33,335 nt of DNA from Candidatus Micrarchaeota archaeon. GTDB lineage: Archaea; Micrarchaeota; Micrarchaeia; Anstonellales; Bilamarchaeaceae. The translations under genes and the position numbers were made by a program. The notes under the pieces were generated by a model that saw only the letters and a list, made by a program, of their open reading frames with translations, made no database searches and was not told where the DNA came from. Shown here piece by piece: positions 8,085-17,214 of the stretch. Location of the stretch: assembly GCA_018304385.1 (NCBI GenBank), contig JAGVWJ010000001.1, positions 4,750-38,084 of the forward strand, written 5' to 3'. Positions within the stretch are counted from its first letter, which is position 1, and the number at the start of each line of letters is the position of its first letter.

Positions 8085-9366
8085 AAATGCATTCTTGCTT
8101 GAGAGTAGCGAAGGAGTTGAAAAACTATCCAGATTCTCATTCTTAGGTTTTTCTCCAGGTAAGAAAATAGCGTTAAAGAACAGTGTGCTAAATATCAATG
8201 GGCAAGAATCAGAAGCGAAGAAACCAGTAGTAGCGCTTAAAAACGAAATTTCTAAGAGCGAAATAAAAGCATCTGGGTTCTTAGGTGGTGCAGTTGGTTA
8301 TTTTTCTTTTGACTATATTAGGTATATCGAGCAGTTGAATAGTGCGTTAAAAGATGAAGTAAATTTTCCAGATTTTGAATTTGGTCTATTCAATGATGCG
8401 ATAATTTTTGATCATAAAGAAAACAGAATAAGATATGTCTATCAAAAAGAAAACAGACTTGAGCAAATATTAACGTTTATCAAAGACTCAGCTTTTATTA
8501 CAAAGCCGCTTGAAATCTATAATATAAAATCTAATACAACTAAAGAAAAATTCTGTGAAAATGTAGAAATTGCAAAAGAACACATTCGTGCTGGTGATAT
8601 ATTTCAAACAGTTATTTCTAAGCGTTATGAAATAAAATTTAGTGGAAGTTTAATCTCGTTTTATAAAAAATTAAAGGCAACAAATCCTTCTCCTTATATG
8701 TATTATCTGAAGTTTGGTGAGCGAGAGGTTATTGGGTCAAGTCCTGAGAATCTAATTCGCGTAGAGGATAGAAACATTACAAGCTATGCAACGCTTGCTG
8801 GTACAAGGCCGAGAGGAAAAACTCCAGAAGAAGATAAAAAACTGGAAATAGAGCTGCTGCAAGATGAAAAAGAACGTGCAGAGCACATAATGCTTGTTGA
8901 TTTAACTAGAAATGATATTGGAAAAATAGCAGAGGTAGGAACAGTTAAGGTACCAGAATTAATGAATGTTCACAAATACTCCCGTGTCCAGCACATAGCT
9001 TCTTTGGTTACTGCAAAATTGCGGAATGATAAGGACGTGTTTGACGCTTTTAATGCAATATTTCCAGCAGGCACAGTTTCAGGTGCACCAAAAATAAGGG
9101 CAATAGAAATAATTGATAGATTAGAAAAAACAAAACGTGGTCCATATGCTGGCGCAGTTGGCTATTTTTCAACAAATGGAAATGCAGATTTTGCAATTGG
9201 CATTCGCACTTTATTTGCAAATAAAAATCGTGCTTATATCCAAACTGGAGCTGGTATAGTTTATGATAGTGTCCCGGAAAAAGAATTTCAGGAAACAGAG
9301 AATAAGGCTAAAGCATTGTTGCATGCAATAGGAGAGGATAAATATGAAGCTACTATTAATAGATAA
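8002..9366 (+). CDS. trpE: Anthranilate synthase component I
   Basis: FLLES, GDIFQTVIS, NPSPYMY, LAGTRPRG, EHIMLVDLTRND, FPAGTVSGAPK. Start is uncertain (see findings). Confidence 0.95.
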   Translation: MFFGLHSINLELQISPVDLFSVLSEHCENAFLLESSEGVEKLSRFSFLGFSPGKKIALKNSVLNINGQESEAKKPVVALKNEISKSEIKASGFLGGAVGYFSFDYIRYIEQLNSALKDEVNFPDFEFGLFNDAIIFDHKENRIRYVYQKENRLEQILTFIKDSAFITKPLEIYNIKSNTTKEKFCENVEIAKEHIRAGDIFQTVISKRYEIKFSGSLISFYKKLKATNPSPYMYYLKFGEREVIGSSPENLIRVEDRNITSYATLAGTRPRGKTPEEDKKLEIELLQDEKERAEHIMLVDLTRNDIGKIAEVGTVKVPELMNVHKYSRVQHIASLVTAKLRNDKDVFDAFNAIFPAGTVSGAPKIRAIEIIDRLEKTKRGPYAGAVGYFSTNGNADFAIGIRTLFANKNRAYIQTGAGIVYDSVPEKEFQETENKAKALLHAIGEDKYEATINR

Positions 9367-9904
9367 CTTTGATTCGTTTGTTTATAATCTGTATCAATAC
9401 TTTGGAGAGCTAGGTTGCGAAGTAGATGTTTTTAGGAATGACGAAATAACATTGGAAACTGCAGCGCAATACGATAAGATCGTTATTTCTCCAGGTCCAG
9501 GGGATCCAACTAATAAAAAAGATTTTGGCATTTGCAGTGAGATTATTTCTAAAATAAATAAACCTATTCTTGGCGTATGTTTGGGGCATCAAGGTATAAT
9601 CAGCACCTTTGGCGGCAAAATAATTCGTGCAGCAAAGCCAATGCATGGAAAAATGAGTGAAATTAAACATAATGGTAATGGCATATTTGCAGGAGTTAAA
9701 AACCCACTAAAAGTAATGCGCTACCATTCGCTTATTGGAGAAAATTTGCCAGATTGCTTAGAAGTTCTTGCAAAAAGTCAAGACGATAATTCAATAATGG
9801 CCGTGCAGCATAAAACTCTGCCTATTTTTGGTGTGCAGTTTCATCCAGAATCAATTCTAACAGAAGAAGGAAAGAAAATATTACAGAATTTTTTGAAGGC
9901 GTAG
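9344..9904 (+). CDS. trpG: Anthranilate synthase component II (glutamine amidotransferase)
   Basis: IDNFDSF, SPGPG, GVCLGHQ, RYHSL, QFHPES. Confidence 0.96.
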   Translation: MKLLLIDNFDSFVYNLYQYFGELGCEVDVFRNDEITLETAAQYDKIVISPGPGDPTNKKDFGICSEIISKINKPILGVCLGHQGIISTFGGKIIRAAKPMHGKMSEIKHNGNGIFAGVKNPLKVMRYHSLIGENLPDCLEVLAKSQDDNSIMAVQHKTLPIFGVQFHPESILTEEGKKILQNFLKA

Positions 9905-9907
9905 AAA

Positions 9908-10912
9908 ATGGAATTCTTGCAGATATTACATAAGTTGATTGATAAAGAAAATCTTACAGATGGTGAAGCAGCCTTTGCTTTAGAGGAAATAATGCAAGGA
10001 AAAATAAATAATGCTCAAATTGCAGCATTTTTAACCGGGTTAAAGATAAAAGGCGAAAGTATCGAAGAGATCGCAGCATTTGTAAAAATAATGAGGAAAA
10101 ACGCAATAAATTTTTTTCCAAAAGTAAAGAACCTTGTTGATACTGCAGGCACAGGTGGGGATGGAAGTAAAACATTTAACATTTCAACGTGTGCGGCATT
10201 TGTTGCTGCTGGCGCAGGTGCAAACGTTGCTAAACATGGCAATCGTGCAGCATCTAGTAAAAGCGGAAGTGCAGATGTTTTGGAAGAATTAGGAATAAAT
10301 AGTATTACAGAACCGACAATCGCCGAAAAACAACTAGAAGGTATTGGTATTACGTTTCTATTTGCGCCAGCATTTCACCATGCTATGAAATTTGTCGCGC
10401 CAGTGAGAAAAGAGCTAGGATTTAAAACTGTGTTTAATATCCTTGGTCCGCTAACTAATCCAGCAGGTGCGAAGCGGCAGTTAATTGGGGCCTATGATAA
10501 ATCATTATTAAAAAAATTGGCAGAAGTTCTAAAACTACTTGGAACAGAAAAAACACTTTTAGTTTCAAGCGATATTGACGAAATAAGTATATGTAGTGAG
10601 ACTGAACTTTATGAAATTACTAATGGGGAGATAAAAAATTATAACATCATACCAGAGGATTTTGGATTTAAAAGAGCAAGCTTAGACGCAATTCGAGTTG
10701 AAGATAAAACAAAAAGTGCAGAAGTTTTGCTAAATGTTTTGAAAGGCAGAGACGGCGCTGCTCGAGATATTGTTTTACTAAATTCAGGTGCAGCAATTTA
10801 TGCAAGTGGCATTGCAAATAATATTCAACAAGGTATTTCTCTTGCAGAAAAATCAATTGATTCTGGTAAGGCATTGGAAAAACTAGAATTATTAAGAAAT
10901 TTTAAGGCTTGA
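9908..10912 (+). CDS. trpD: Anthranilate phosphoribosyltransferase
   Basis: DTAGTGGDG, FNIST, AKHGNRA, FNILGPLTNP. Confidence 0.97.
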   Translation: MEFLQILHKLIDKENLTDGEAAFALEEIMQGKINNAQIAAFLTGLKIKGESIEEIAAFVKIMRKNAINFFPKVKNLVDTAGTGGDGSKTFNISTCAAFVAAGAGANVAKHGNRAASSKSGSADVLEELGINSITEPTIAEKQLEGIGITFLFAPAFHHAMKFVAPVRKELGFKTVFNILGPLTNPAGAKRQLIGAYDKSLLKKLAEVLKLLGTEKTLLVSSDIDEISICSETELYEITNGEIKNYNIIPEDFGFKRASLDAIRVEDKTKSAEVLLNVLKGRDGAARDIVLLNSGAAIYASGIANNIQQGISLAEKSIDSGKALEKLELLRNFKA

Positions 10913-10916
10913 TATT

Positions 10917-11669
10917 ATGGACATTCTTGATAAATTTATTGAACAGGCAAAGGAAAATGTGGAAAGTGGGTACTATAATGTTACCATCAAACATACTCTA
11001 GATAAAACTTCATTAAAACAAAAAATCCTATCACAAAACTTTACTTTAATCTCTGAAATAAAACATGCATCTCCTGCTGGAGAATATTCATTTGATAATA
11101 TTGATGTTGAAAAAGCAGCTGAAACATTTAAACAGGCTGGAAGTGATGCAATTTCAGTAGTAGTTGAACCTAAAATCTTCAAAGGCAACCTAAGTAACAT
11201 ATCAATTGCAAAAAAAACCGGTTTGCCAGTACTTTTCAAGGATTTTGTTTTTCATGAAAAGCAGATAAAAACTGCAGCAGCGCTTGGCGCAGATTGTATT
11301 CTTCTAGTTATGAAGGTTGTGGATAGATTAGCTATTGATATAAATGAACTAATTGCTAAAGCGCACGAGCATAAGTTAGAAGTTTTGCTTGAGTGTTACG
11401 ATTCTGATGAAATGAGACGAGCAATTAAAACAGATGCAGATATTCTTGGAATAAATAATCGTGATTTGCGATCTTTGCATGTTGATCTGAACAGGACTAA
11501 AGAAATTATGAAATTTGCTAAAAATAAGCCAGTAATCAGCGAAAGCGGTATAAACTCAAGAAAGGATGCTGAATTTGTACGTGCTTGCGGAGTAAAAGGC
11601 ATATTAGTTGGCACTGCTTTATGGAAAACAGATAATCAGTTAGAGAAAATAAGAGAACTTAAATTGTGA
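10917..11669 (+). CDS. trpC: Indole-3-glycerol phosphate synthase (monofunctional)
   Basis: [26 protein letters not shown]. 250 aa, no TrpF domain. Confidence 0.92.
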   Translation: MDILDKFIEQAKENVESGYYNVTIKHTLDKTSLKQKILSQNFTLISEIKHASPAGEYSFDNIDVEKAAETFKQAGSDAISVVVEPKIFKGNLSNISIAKKTGLPVLFKDFVFHEKQIKTAAALGADCILLVMKVVDRLAIDINELIAKAHEHKLEVLLECYDSDEMRRAIKTDADILGINNRDLRSLHVDLNRTKEIMKFAKNKPVISESGINSRKDAEFVRACGVKGILVGTALWKTDNQLEKIRELKL

Positions 11670-11674
11670 TTTGC

Positions 11675-12844
11675 ATGAATAAAGGAAGATTTGGTGAGTT
11701 TGGAGGAAGATACATTTCTGAATTACTAGTGCCAGTGCTGGAAGAATTAGAAACTGCGTTTGAAAAAGTAAAGGAGGATAAAGAATTCAAAAACAAATTA
11801 GATTATTACCTTTCAAAGTATGCTGGTAGACCCACCCCGCTTTATTTTGCAGAAAATTTAAGTAAAAAACTCGGAATTAAAATTTATTTAAAGCGAGAAG
11901 ATCTTTTGCATACTGGGGCGCATAAAATAAACAATACCATTGGTCAGGTTTTACTTGCCAGGACTATGGGGAAGAAAAGGGTAATTGCAGAAACTGGTGC
12001 AGGACAGCATGGAGTTGCAACAGCAACTGCTGCAGCGTTATTTGGATTAGAATGCGATGTTTACATGGGAAAAGAAGATGCTGAACGCCAAAAATTAAAT
12101 GTTTATAGAATGAAATTGCTTGGAGCAAATGTTAATATTGTTGATGCTGGTTCGCGCACTTTGAAAGATGCAATAAACGAAGCATTGCGTGATTATGCAA
12201 CTAATTTCAAAGATACGCATTATGTTCTTGGTTCTGCATTAGGTCCGTACCCTTATCCTTCTATTGTAAAATATTTTCAATCTGTTATAGGAATTGAAGC
12301 GAGAACGCAAATATTAGAAGCTGAGCAGTGTTTGCCTGATTATTTAGTTGCATGTGTAGGCGGAGGAAGCAATGCTATTGGGTTATTTGCCCAATTTTTA
12401 GACGATAATACTAAGATGATTGGAGTAGAAGCAGGAGGCAAAGGTATATCTACCGGAAAACATGCTGCTCGAATAAGCGGAGATGGACAAAAAGGGGTTT
12501 TACACGGTTCACTTTCGTATATTTTACAAGATAATGGGCAGATCAGAGAAACCCATTCTGTATCTGCAGGTTTGGATTACCCTGCAATTGGGCCAGAGCA
12601 TGCTTATTTGCATGAATTGAAAAGAGCGCAATATGTTTCAGTTACCGATAGTGAAGCTCTAGAAGCATTTCATTTACTTGCTGAAACTGAAGGAATTATA
12701 CCAGCGCTTGAAAGTGCGCACGCTATTGCATATTTGCCTAAACTTGCTAAGCAGAATAAAAACAAAATTATAATTGTTAATCTTTCTGGTCGTGGGGATA
12801 AGGATGTCGAACATGTTGCAAAAATAGAAGGTGCTAATTTATGA
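11675..12844 (+). CDS. trpB: Tryptophan synthase beta chain
   Basis: [48 protein letters not shown]. Start ATG 11675 (GTG 11666 is possible). Confidence 0.97.
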   Translation: MNKGRFGEFGGRYISELLVPVLEELETAFEKVKEDKEFKNKLDYYLSKYAGRPTPLYFAENLSKKLGIKIYLKREDLLHTGAHKINNTIGQVLLARTMGKKRVIAETGAGQHGVATATAAALFGLECDVYMGKEDAERQKLNVYRMKLLGANVNIVDAGSRTLKDAINEALRDYATNFKDTHYVLGSALGPYPYPSIVKYFQSVIGIEARTQILEAEQCLPDYLVACVGGGSNAIGLFAQFLDDNTKMIGVEAGGKGISTGKHAARISGDGQKGVLHGSLSYILQDNGQIRETHSVSAGLDYPAIGPEHAYLHELKRAQYVSVTDSEALEAFHLLAETEGIIPALESAHAIAYLPKLAKQNKNKIIIVNLSGRGDKDVEHVAKIEGANL

Positions 12845-13659
12845 AATTTATCCCTTATGTTTGCTGTGGAGATCCGAATCTGGATTTTACTTACAAGGTA
12901 GTTAAAACGCTAGCGCCATACTCGCATATAATAGAATTAGGTATCCCATTCTCTGATCCAATTGCCGACGGAAAAACAATTCAGGCAGCAGCAAACAGAG
13001 CATTGACAGCAGGGCAAAAAAATGCTGTCAATATTCGTCATGATTCTCATGACGATGCATTAAAAAATGGAGTAAATACCGAGCAAATATTTGAAATGGT
13101 AAAAAAATTACGCAGCGAAAAAATTGCAGTGCCATTTGTCTTTATGACTTACTATAATATTATCTATTCATATGATTCTGAAAAATTTTTGCGAGCTATG
13201 AATGAAGCAAATGTGCAAGGACTAATAATTCCTGATTTACCATTTGGCGAAGATAAAGAATTTGAAAAGCTTGCAGAGGAATATGAAATTTCTATAATAA
13301 ATTTAATCGCCCCTAATACAAAAGAAGAAAGAGCCAAAGAGATTCTAAATAATGAAAAAAAATTTACTTACTTAGTTTCAGTTGCAGGGACAACTGGTGC
13401 GCGAGGCGAAGTGAGTGAACAAAGTTTAGAGTTTGTAAAAAAAATAAGACCGCTAGCTCCAAATGGACAGTTGTTTGTTGGGTTTGGTATTTCAAACGCA
13501 GAGCAGGCAAAAAAATTCGTTCAAGCTGGCGCTGATGGAGTGATAGTCGGCAGTGAGATAATTAATATTTATTCTAAATATATTGTTAATGGAAAGATTG
13601 ACGAGAATAAGGTATTAGAGGAAATTGAAAAATTTGCTGAAGTAATTCAGTCTGCATAA
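12841..13659 (+). CDS. trpA: Tryptophan synthase alpha chain with a 19-aa insertion
   Basis: [47 protein letters not shown]. Confidence 0.96.
   Translation: MKFIPYVCCGDPNLDFTYKVVKTLAPYSHIIELGIPFSDPIADGKTIQAAANRALTAGQKNAVNIRHDSHDDALKNGVNTEQIFEMVKKLRSEKIAVPFVFMTYYNIIYSYDSEKFLRAMNEANVQGLIIPDLPFGEDKEFEKLAEEYEISIINLIAPNTKEERAKEILNNEKKFTYLVSVAGTTGARGEVSEQSLEFVKKIRPLAPNGQLFVGFGISNAEQAKKFVQAGADGVIVGSEIINIYSKYIVNGKIDENKVLEEIEKFAEVIQSA
13000..13061. repeat. 57-nt in-frame insertion of two perfect inverted repeats, flanked by GCATT direct repeats
   Basis: ATTGACAGCA/TGCTGTCAAT (13002-13011 / 13023-13032) and TCGTCATGA/TCATGACGA (13035-13043 / 13047-13055); GCATT at 13000 and 13057. Confidence 0.85.
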
Positions 13660-13700
13660 GTAATATAACTTATTAAATCACCTAACTACATATATACTAT

Positions 13701-14489
13701 ATGTCAAAATCAAAAAGAGGCACTAGTTTTCCAAGAGGAAAAAGAATTAAAGACAGATGGACTACTTTTAGGCTACTGCTAAGGAAATGCGAAATAATAA
13801 TAGAAGTTCTTGATGCGCGAGATCTGGAAGGCACTAGAGTTAGAAAAATCGAGCATTGGGCCGGACGAGAGCGGCTTATCAAAATAGCAAATAAGATTGA
13901 TCTGATTAGCGAAGAGGCATTAAATTCAATTAATAGAAATGAATACTTGCCAATATCCTCAAAATCAGACCATAAAAACAAGGAAAGGAAAAAGATCATC
14001 AATGCAATACTTGCAAAAGGAAGGGAAAGACCAAGAGTGCTAGTTGTCGGTTATCCTAATGTTGGCAAAAGTACAATAATAAACTTACTAGCAGGAAGAG
14101 AGGTTGCCAGAGCAATGCCTATTGCAGGAACTACAACAAATGTCCAGTGGATAAGGCTTCCACATGATATTTTGCTTATTGATTCGCCAGGCGTTTTTCC
14201 AGAAGATGAGCAAAGAACTGAGCTGCTTAGAAAAGGGGCAATTAATGTTGACGGGCTGAAAAATTTTGAATTCTATGCTTTAAAAGTTGCACAAAAATGC
14301 ATCAGAAGCCAGGAATTGCGTAATTGGATTGAAGAATATTTTGATATTAAATTAGAAAGCGATAAGCCAGAAGATTTAATAGAAAATATTGCAAAAAGAC
14401 GTGGGTTACTACTAAAAGGCGGTGCATACAATATAAATGAAGCATCTAAAGCCTTGCTTAGGGCGTTTTCTAAGGCCCCCAGCTTATAA
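13701..14489 (+). CDS. Circularly permuted GTPase, RbgA/YlqF family
   Basis: VLDARD, NKID (G4) preceding GYPNVGKS (G1), GTT, DSPG (G3). Confidence 0.9.
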   Translation: MSKSKRGTSFPRGKRIKDRWTTFRLLLRKCEIIIEVLDARDLEGTRVRKIEHWAGRERLIKIANKIDLISEEALNSINRNEYLPISSKSDHKNKERKKIINAILAKGRERPRVLVVGYPNVGKSTIINLLAGREVARAMPIAGTTTNVQWIRLPHDILLIDSPGVFPEDEQRTELLRKGAINVDGLKNFEFYALKVAQKCIRSQELRNWIEEYFDIKLESDKPEDLIENIAKRRGLLLKGGAYNINEASKALLRAFSKAPSL

Positions 14490-14551
14490 AGAATATTTAT
14501 AAACCTTTTCATGCATAATAATATTAGAAAAGATGTATAAACGTGTTTTAT

Positions 14552-14617
14552 ATGAGTAATAAAGCTAAAGTAAACAACAAAGTATTCTATTTCTTCAGCT
14601 TTAGCTTTTGGTATTAA
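14552..14617 (+). CDS. Putative aromatic-rich leader peptide of the aro operon (21 aa)
   Basis: ATG AGT AAT AAA GCT AAA GTA AAC AAC AAA GTA TTC TAT TTC TTC AGC TTT AGC TTT TGG TAT TAA TAG. Eight of the last 10 codons are Phe, Tyr or Trp. Confidence 0.8.
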   Translation: MSNKAKVNNKVFYFFSFSFWY

Positions 14618-14620
14618 TAG

Positions 14621-14679
14621 CCAACACCAAACTGTTTGTATTAAGTCTTAACTAGTATCTGTTTGTTGTTGGTTTTTTT
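14621..14679 (+). terminator. Putative attenuator terminator (hairpin + U7)
   Basis: CCAACACCAAAC (14621-14632) pairs with GTTTGTTGTTGG (14661-14672) at 11 of 12 positions, followed directly by T7 (14673-14679). Confidence 0.75.
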
Positions 14680-14735
14680 CTGACTATGATTAGTGTTAAC
14701 AATATAAAATTTGGAAATGAAAAAATGGTGATCAA

Positions 14736-15560
14736 ATGGGGAATATTAAAAATATAAAACTCGCTGCGCTGAATGGAAGCGGTCGTACGATTGTGCGAGT
14801 TGGAAATGTAAAAGTTGGCGAAGGGTTTACTGTAATTGCCGGACCATGCAGCGTTGAAAGTGAAGAGCAATTGCTCGAGACTGCGCGAGCAGTAAAAGCA
14901 GCAGGCGCAGACATGCTTAGAGGTGGTGCGTTTAAACCGCGAACTTCGCCATACGCGTTTCAAGGACTTGGTCTAAAAGGATTAAAACTCTTGGAAAAAG
15001 CACGAGATGAAACTGGCTTGCCAATAGTTACTGAAGTACTCGATACGCGTGATGTTAGTTGGGTATGCGAATATGCAGACGTATTGCAAATTGGTGCAAG
15101 AAACATGCAAAATTTCTCGCTTTTAAAAGAAGTAGGAAAGGCAGAAAAGCCCGTGCTGCTAAAGCGTGGAATGTATTCAACAATAGAAGAGTGGCTAAAT
15201 TGCGCTGAATACATTCTAAATGATGGAAATCCAAATGTAATTCTATGCGAGCGTGGAATAAGAACATTCGAAACATACACAAGAAACACGCTTGACTTAA
15301 GCGCTGTTCCAGTTGCAAAAGAGCTTACGCATCTTCCAGTGATTACAGATCCTTCTCACGGTACTGGAAAATTAAGCCTGATTAAGCCAATGTGTCTTGC
15401 ATCTGTTGCTTGCGGTGCAGACGGTTTAATCTTAGAGGTGCACAGAAATCCTGCAGAAGCGCTTAGCGATAAGGATCAGGCGCTTACGCCAACCCAATTC
15501 GCAGATATACTAAAGGATGTAAGGGCATTACGAAAGTTCATGGATGGTGGGCATAAATGA
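14736..15560 (+). CDS. aroF: DAHP synthase type I-beta, no regulatory domain
   Basis: [46 protein letters not shown]; SD GGTGAT upstream. Confidence 0.95.
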   Translation: MGNIKNIKLAALNGSGRTIVRVGNVKVGEGFTVIAGPCSVESEEQLLETARAVKAAGADMLRGGAFKPRTSPYAFQGLGLKGLKLLEKARDETGLPIVTEVLDTRDVSWVCEYADVLQIGARNMQNFSLLKEVGKAEKPVLLKRGMYSTIEEWLNCAEYILNDGNPNVILCERGIRTFETYTRNTLDLSAVPVAKELTHLPVITDPSHGTGKLSLIKPMCLASVACGADGLILEVHRNPAEALSDKDQALTPTQFADILKDVRALRKFMDGGHK

Positions 15561-16576
15561 GAATAATGCAACTTGACGCTCCAAGTGGAACATGCACATT
15601 AGCAGTAGGTGAATCACTAGCTAATCTAGCTAGCTACTGTACTTCAGGAAAAACAGTAATAGTTACTGATAATAATGTTCGGAGATTACATGCTAATAAA
15701 TTCCCAAAGGCTGAAATAATTGAAATAGAACGTGGCGAGGATGCAAAGACGCTCGCTACTGTGCATCAATTATACGAAAAATTTCTTGAGCTCGAATTAG
15801 ATCGCTCTTCATTAGTAATCGCAATAGGTGGGGGCATTGTTTGTGATGTTACTGCATTTGCTGCATCTACCTATTTGCGTGGCATGCGCTTAGCGTTAGT
15901 TCCTACTACTCTATTAGCGCAAGTGGATGCAAGCGTTGGCGGGAAAAACGGAGTAAACTTCAAAGGATACAAGAATTTAATTGGCACAATAAGACAGCCA
16001 GAGCTTTGCTTGTTTGATTTTGATTTACTAAAAACATTGTCGCAGCAAGAACTGCGCAATGGATTCGCAGAAATAGTCAAATGCGGAGCAATAGCCGATG
16101 CTAATTTATTTGCTTATTTAGAACAACATCATTCAGAGGCGTTTTCGCATAAGAAAACAGCAATCGAGAAAGTAGTTTACGATTCGCTAGTTGTAAAAAC
16201 AGACATTGTTGCGAAAGATGAACGAGAAGAAAGCGGAGAACGAATGAAATTGAATTTTGGGCATACGCTTGGGCATGCTATTGAGAAAACTATTGGTTTA
16301 CCACATGGCGAGGCAATAAGCATTGGAATGGTAGCTGTTGCTAATCTATCTGTTGCAAAAGGATTACTTAGCAATAAAGATGCAGAAAGAATCGAATCAT
16401 TGCTAAAGAAAATTGGTTTACCAACTAAATTAGATTACGATAAATCAAAAGTAATCGACGCTGTTAGAAAAGATAAGAAGCGCAGGGAAGACGATATAAA
16501 TTTTGTATTGCTTGAAAAAATCGGCAAGGCAAAGATTGAGAAGATAAATATAAACGAGCTTGAGGGAATTCTATGA
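15557..16576 (+). CDS. aroB: 3-dehydroquinate synthase
   Basis: [38 protein letters not shown]. Confidence 0.96.
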   Translation: MRIMQLDAPSGTCTLAVGESLANLASYCTSGKTVIVTDNNVRRLHANKFPKAEIIEIERGEDAKTLATVHQLYEKFLELELDRSSLVIAIGGGIVCDVTAFAASTYLRGMRLALVPTTLLAQVDASVGGKNGVNFKGYKNLIGTIRQPELCLFDFDLLKTLSQQELRNGFAEIVKCGAIADANLFAYLEQHHSEAFSHKKTAIEKVVYDSLVVKTDIVAKDEREESGERMKLNFGHTLGHAIEKTIGLPHGEAISIGMVAVANLSVAKGLLSNKDAERIESLLKKIGLPTKLDYDKSKVIDAVRKDKKRREDDINFVLLEKIGKAKIEKININELEGIL

Positions 16577-17214
16577 ATGTTTGTGTCAGCATTGGAGATT
16601 GTTCAGTAGAAGAATGCATTAAGTCATTGCAAGATTTAGAGTTAGCTGAGATTAGATTAGATAAGATAAATGCAAAACTATCAACGGATGATGTTAAGAA
16701 TATATTCTCACAGAAACTAAAACTTATTGCCACCTGTCGCGCAACTAAAACACTTAATGATACTGAAAGAAAAAATCTTTTACTTTCTGCAATAGATGCA
16801 GGCGCAGCATATGTTGATATTGAAGTTGAGGCAAGCGATGCTTACAAAAATGAAATATTAAATAAAGCGAAATCTAAAGGTTGCAAGATTATTATTTCTT
16901 ACCATAATTACGAGAGTACGCCTAAAAAAGGTGAGCTTGAACAGATTGTTAATTGGTGCCTTGAGGCAGGAGATATTGCAAAAATTGCATGCAAAGTGCA
17001 ATCGCAACATGATAATGCAAGGTTGCTTAGCTTACTTGATACAGATAAAAAAATAATTGTTATTGGCATGGGTGAAAAAGGAAAAATAACAAGAATAGTT
17101 GCACCTTTGCTTGGTAGTCCATTCACTTATGCTTCACTTAAGGAAGGAAAGGAAACAGCAGAAGGTCAGATAAGCGTTGATAGATTAAAAGAATTAATGA
17201 GGTTACTAAAATGA
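16573..17214 (+). CDS. aroD: 3-dehydroquinate dehydratase type I
   Basis: AEIRLD, IATCR, YVDIE, IISYHNY, DIAKIA, MGEKGKITR, TAEGQ. Confidence 0.93.
   Translation: MNVCVSIGDCSVEECIKSLQDLELAEIRLDKINAKLSTDDVKNIFSQKLKLIATCRATKTLNDTERKNLLLSAIDAGAAYVDIEVEASDAYKNEILNKAKSKGCKIIISYHNYESTPKKGELEQIVNWCLEAGDIAKIACKVQSQHDNARLLSLLDTDKKIIVIGMGEKGKITRIVAPLLGSPFTYASLKEGKETAEGQISVDRLKELMRLLK

Noticed and set aside
7890-8198. ORF-track N-terminal extension of the trpY-like ORF (269 aa)
   Set aside because: It overlaps trpE antisense and the promoter; family-like sequence begins at MLKMLERFF.
13000-13061. trpA insertion as a spliced BHB mRNA intron
   Set aside because: The best central helix GCAU/AUGC implies a 55-nt excision (frameshift), and the 57-nt register lacks flanking helices. 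Kept as an in-frame insertion.
14511-14559. Tiny ORFs MHNNIRKDV* and MYKRVLYE*
   Set aside because: Expected by chance in AT-rich DNA; no codon clustering or linked structure.
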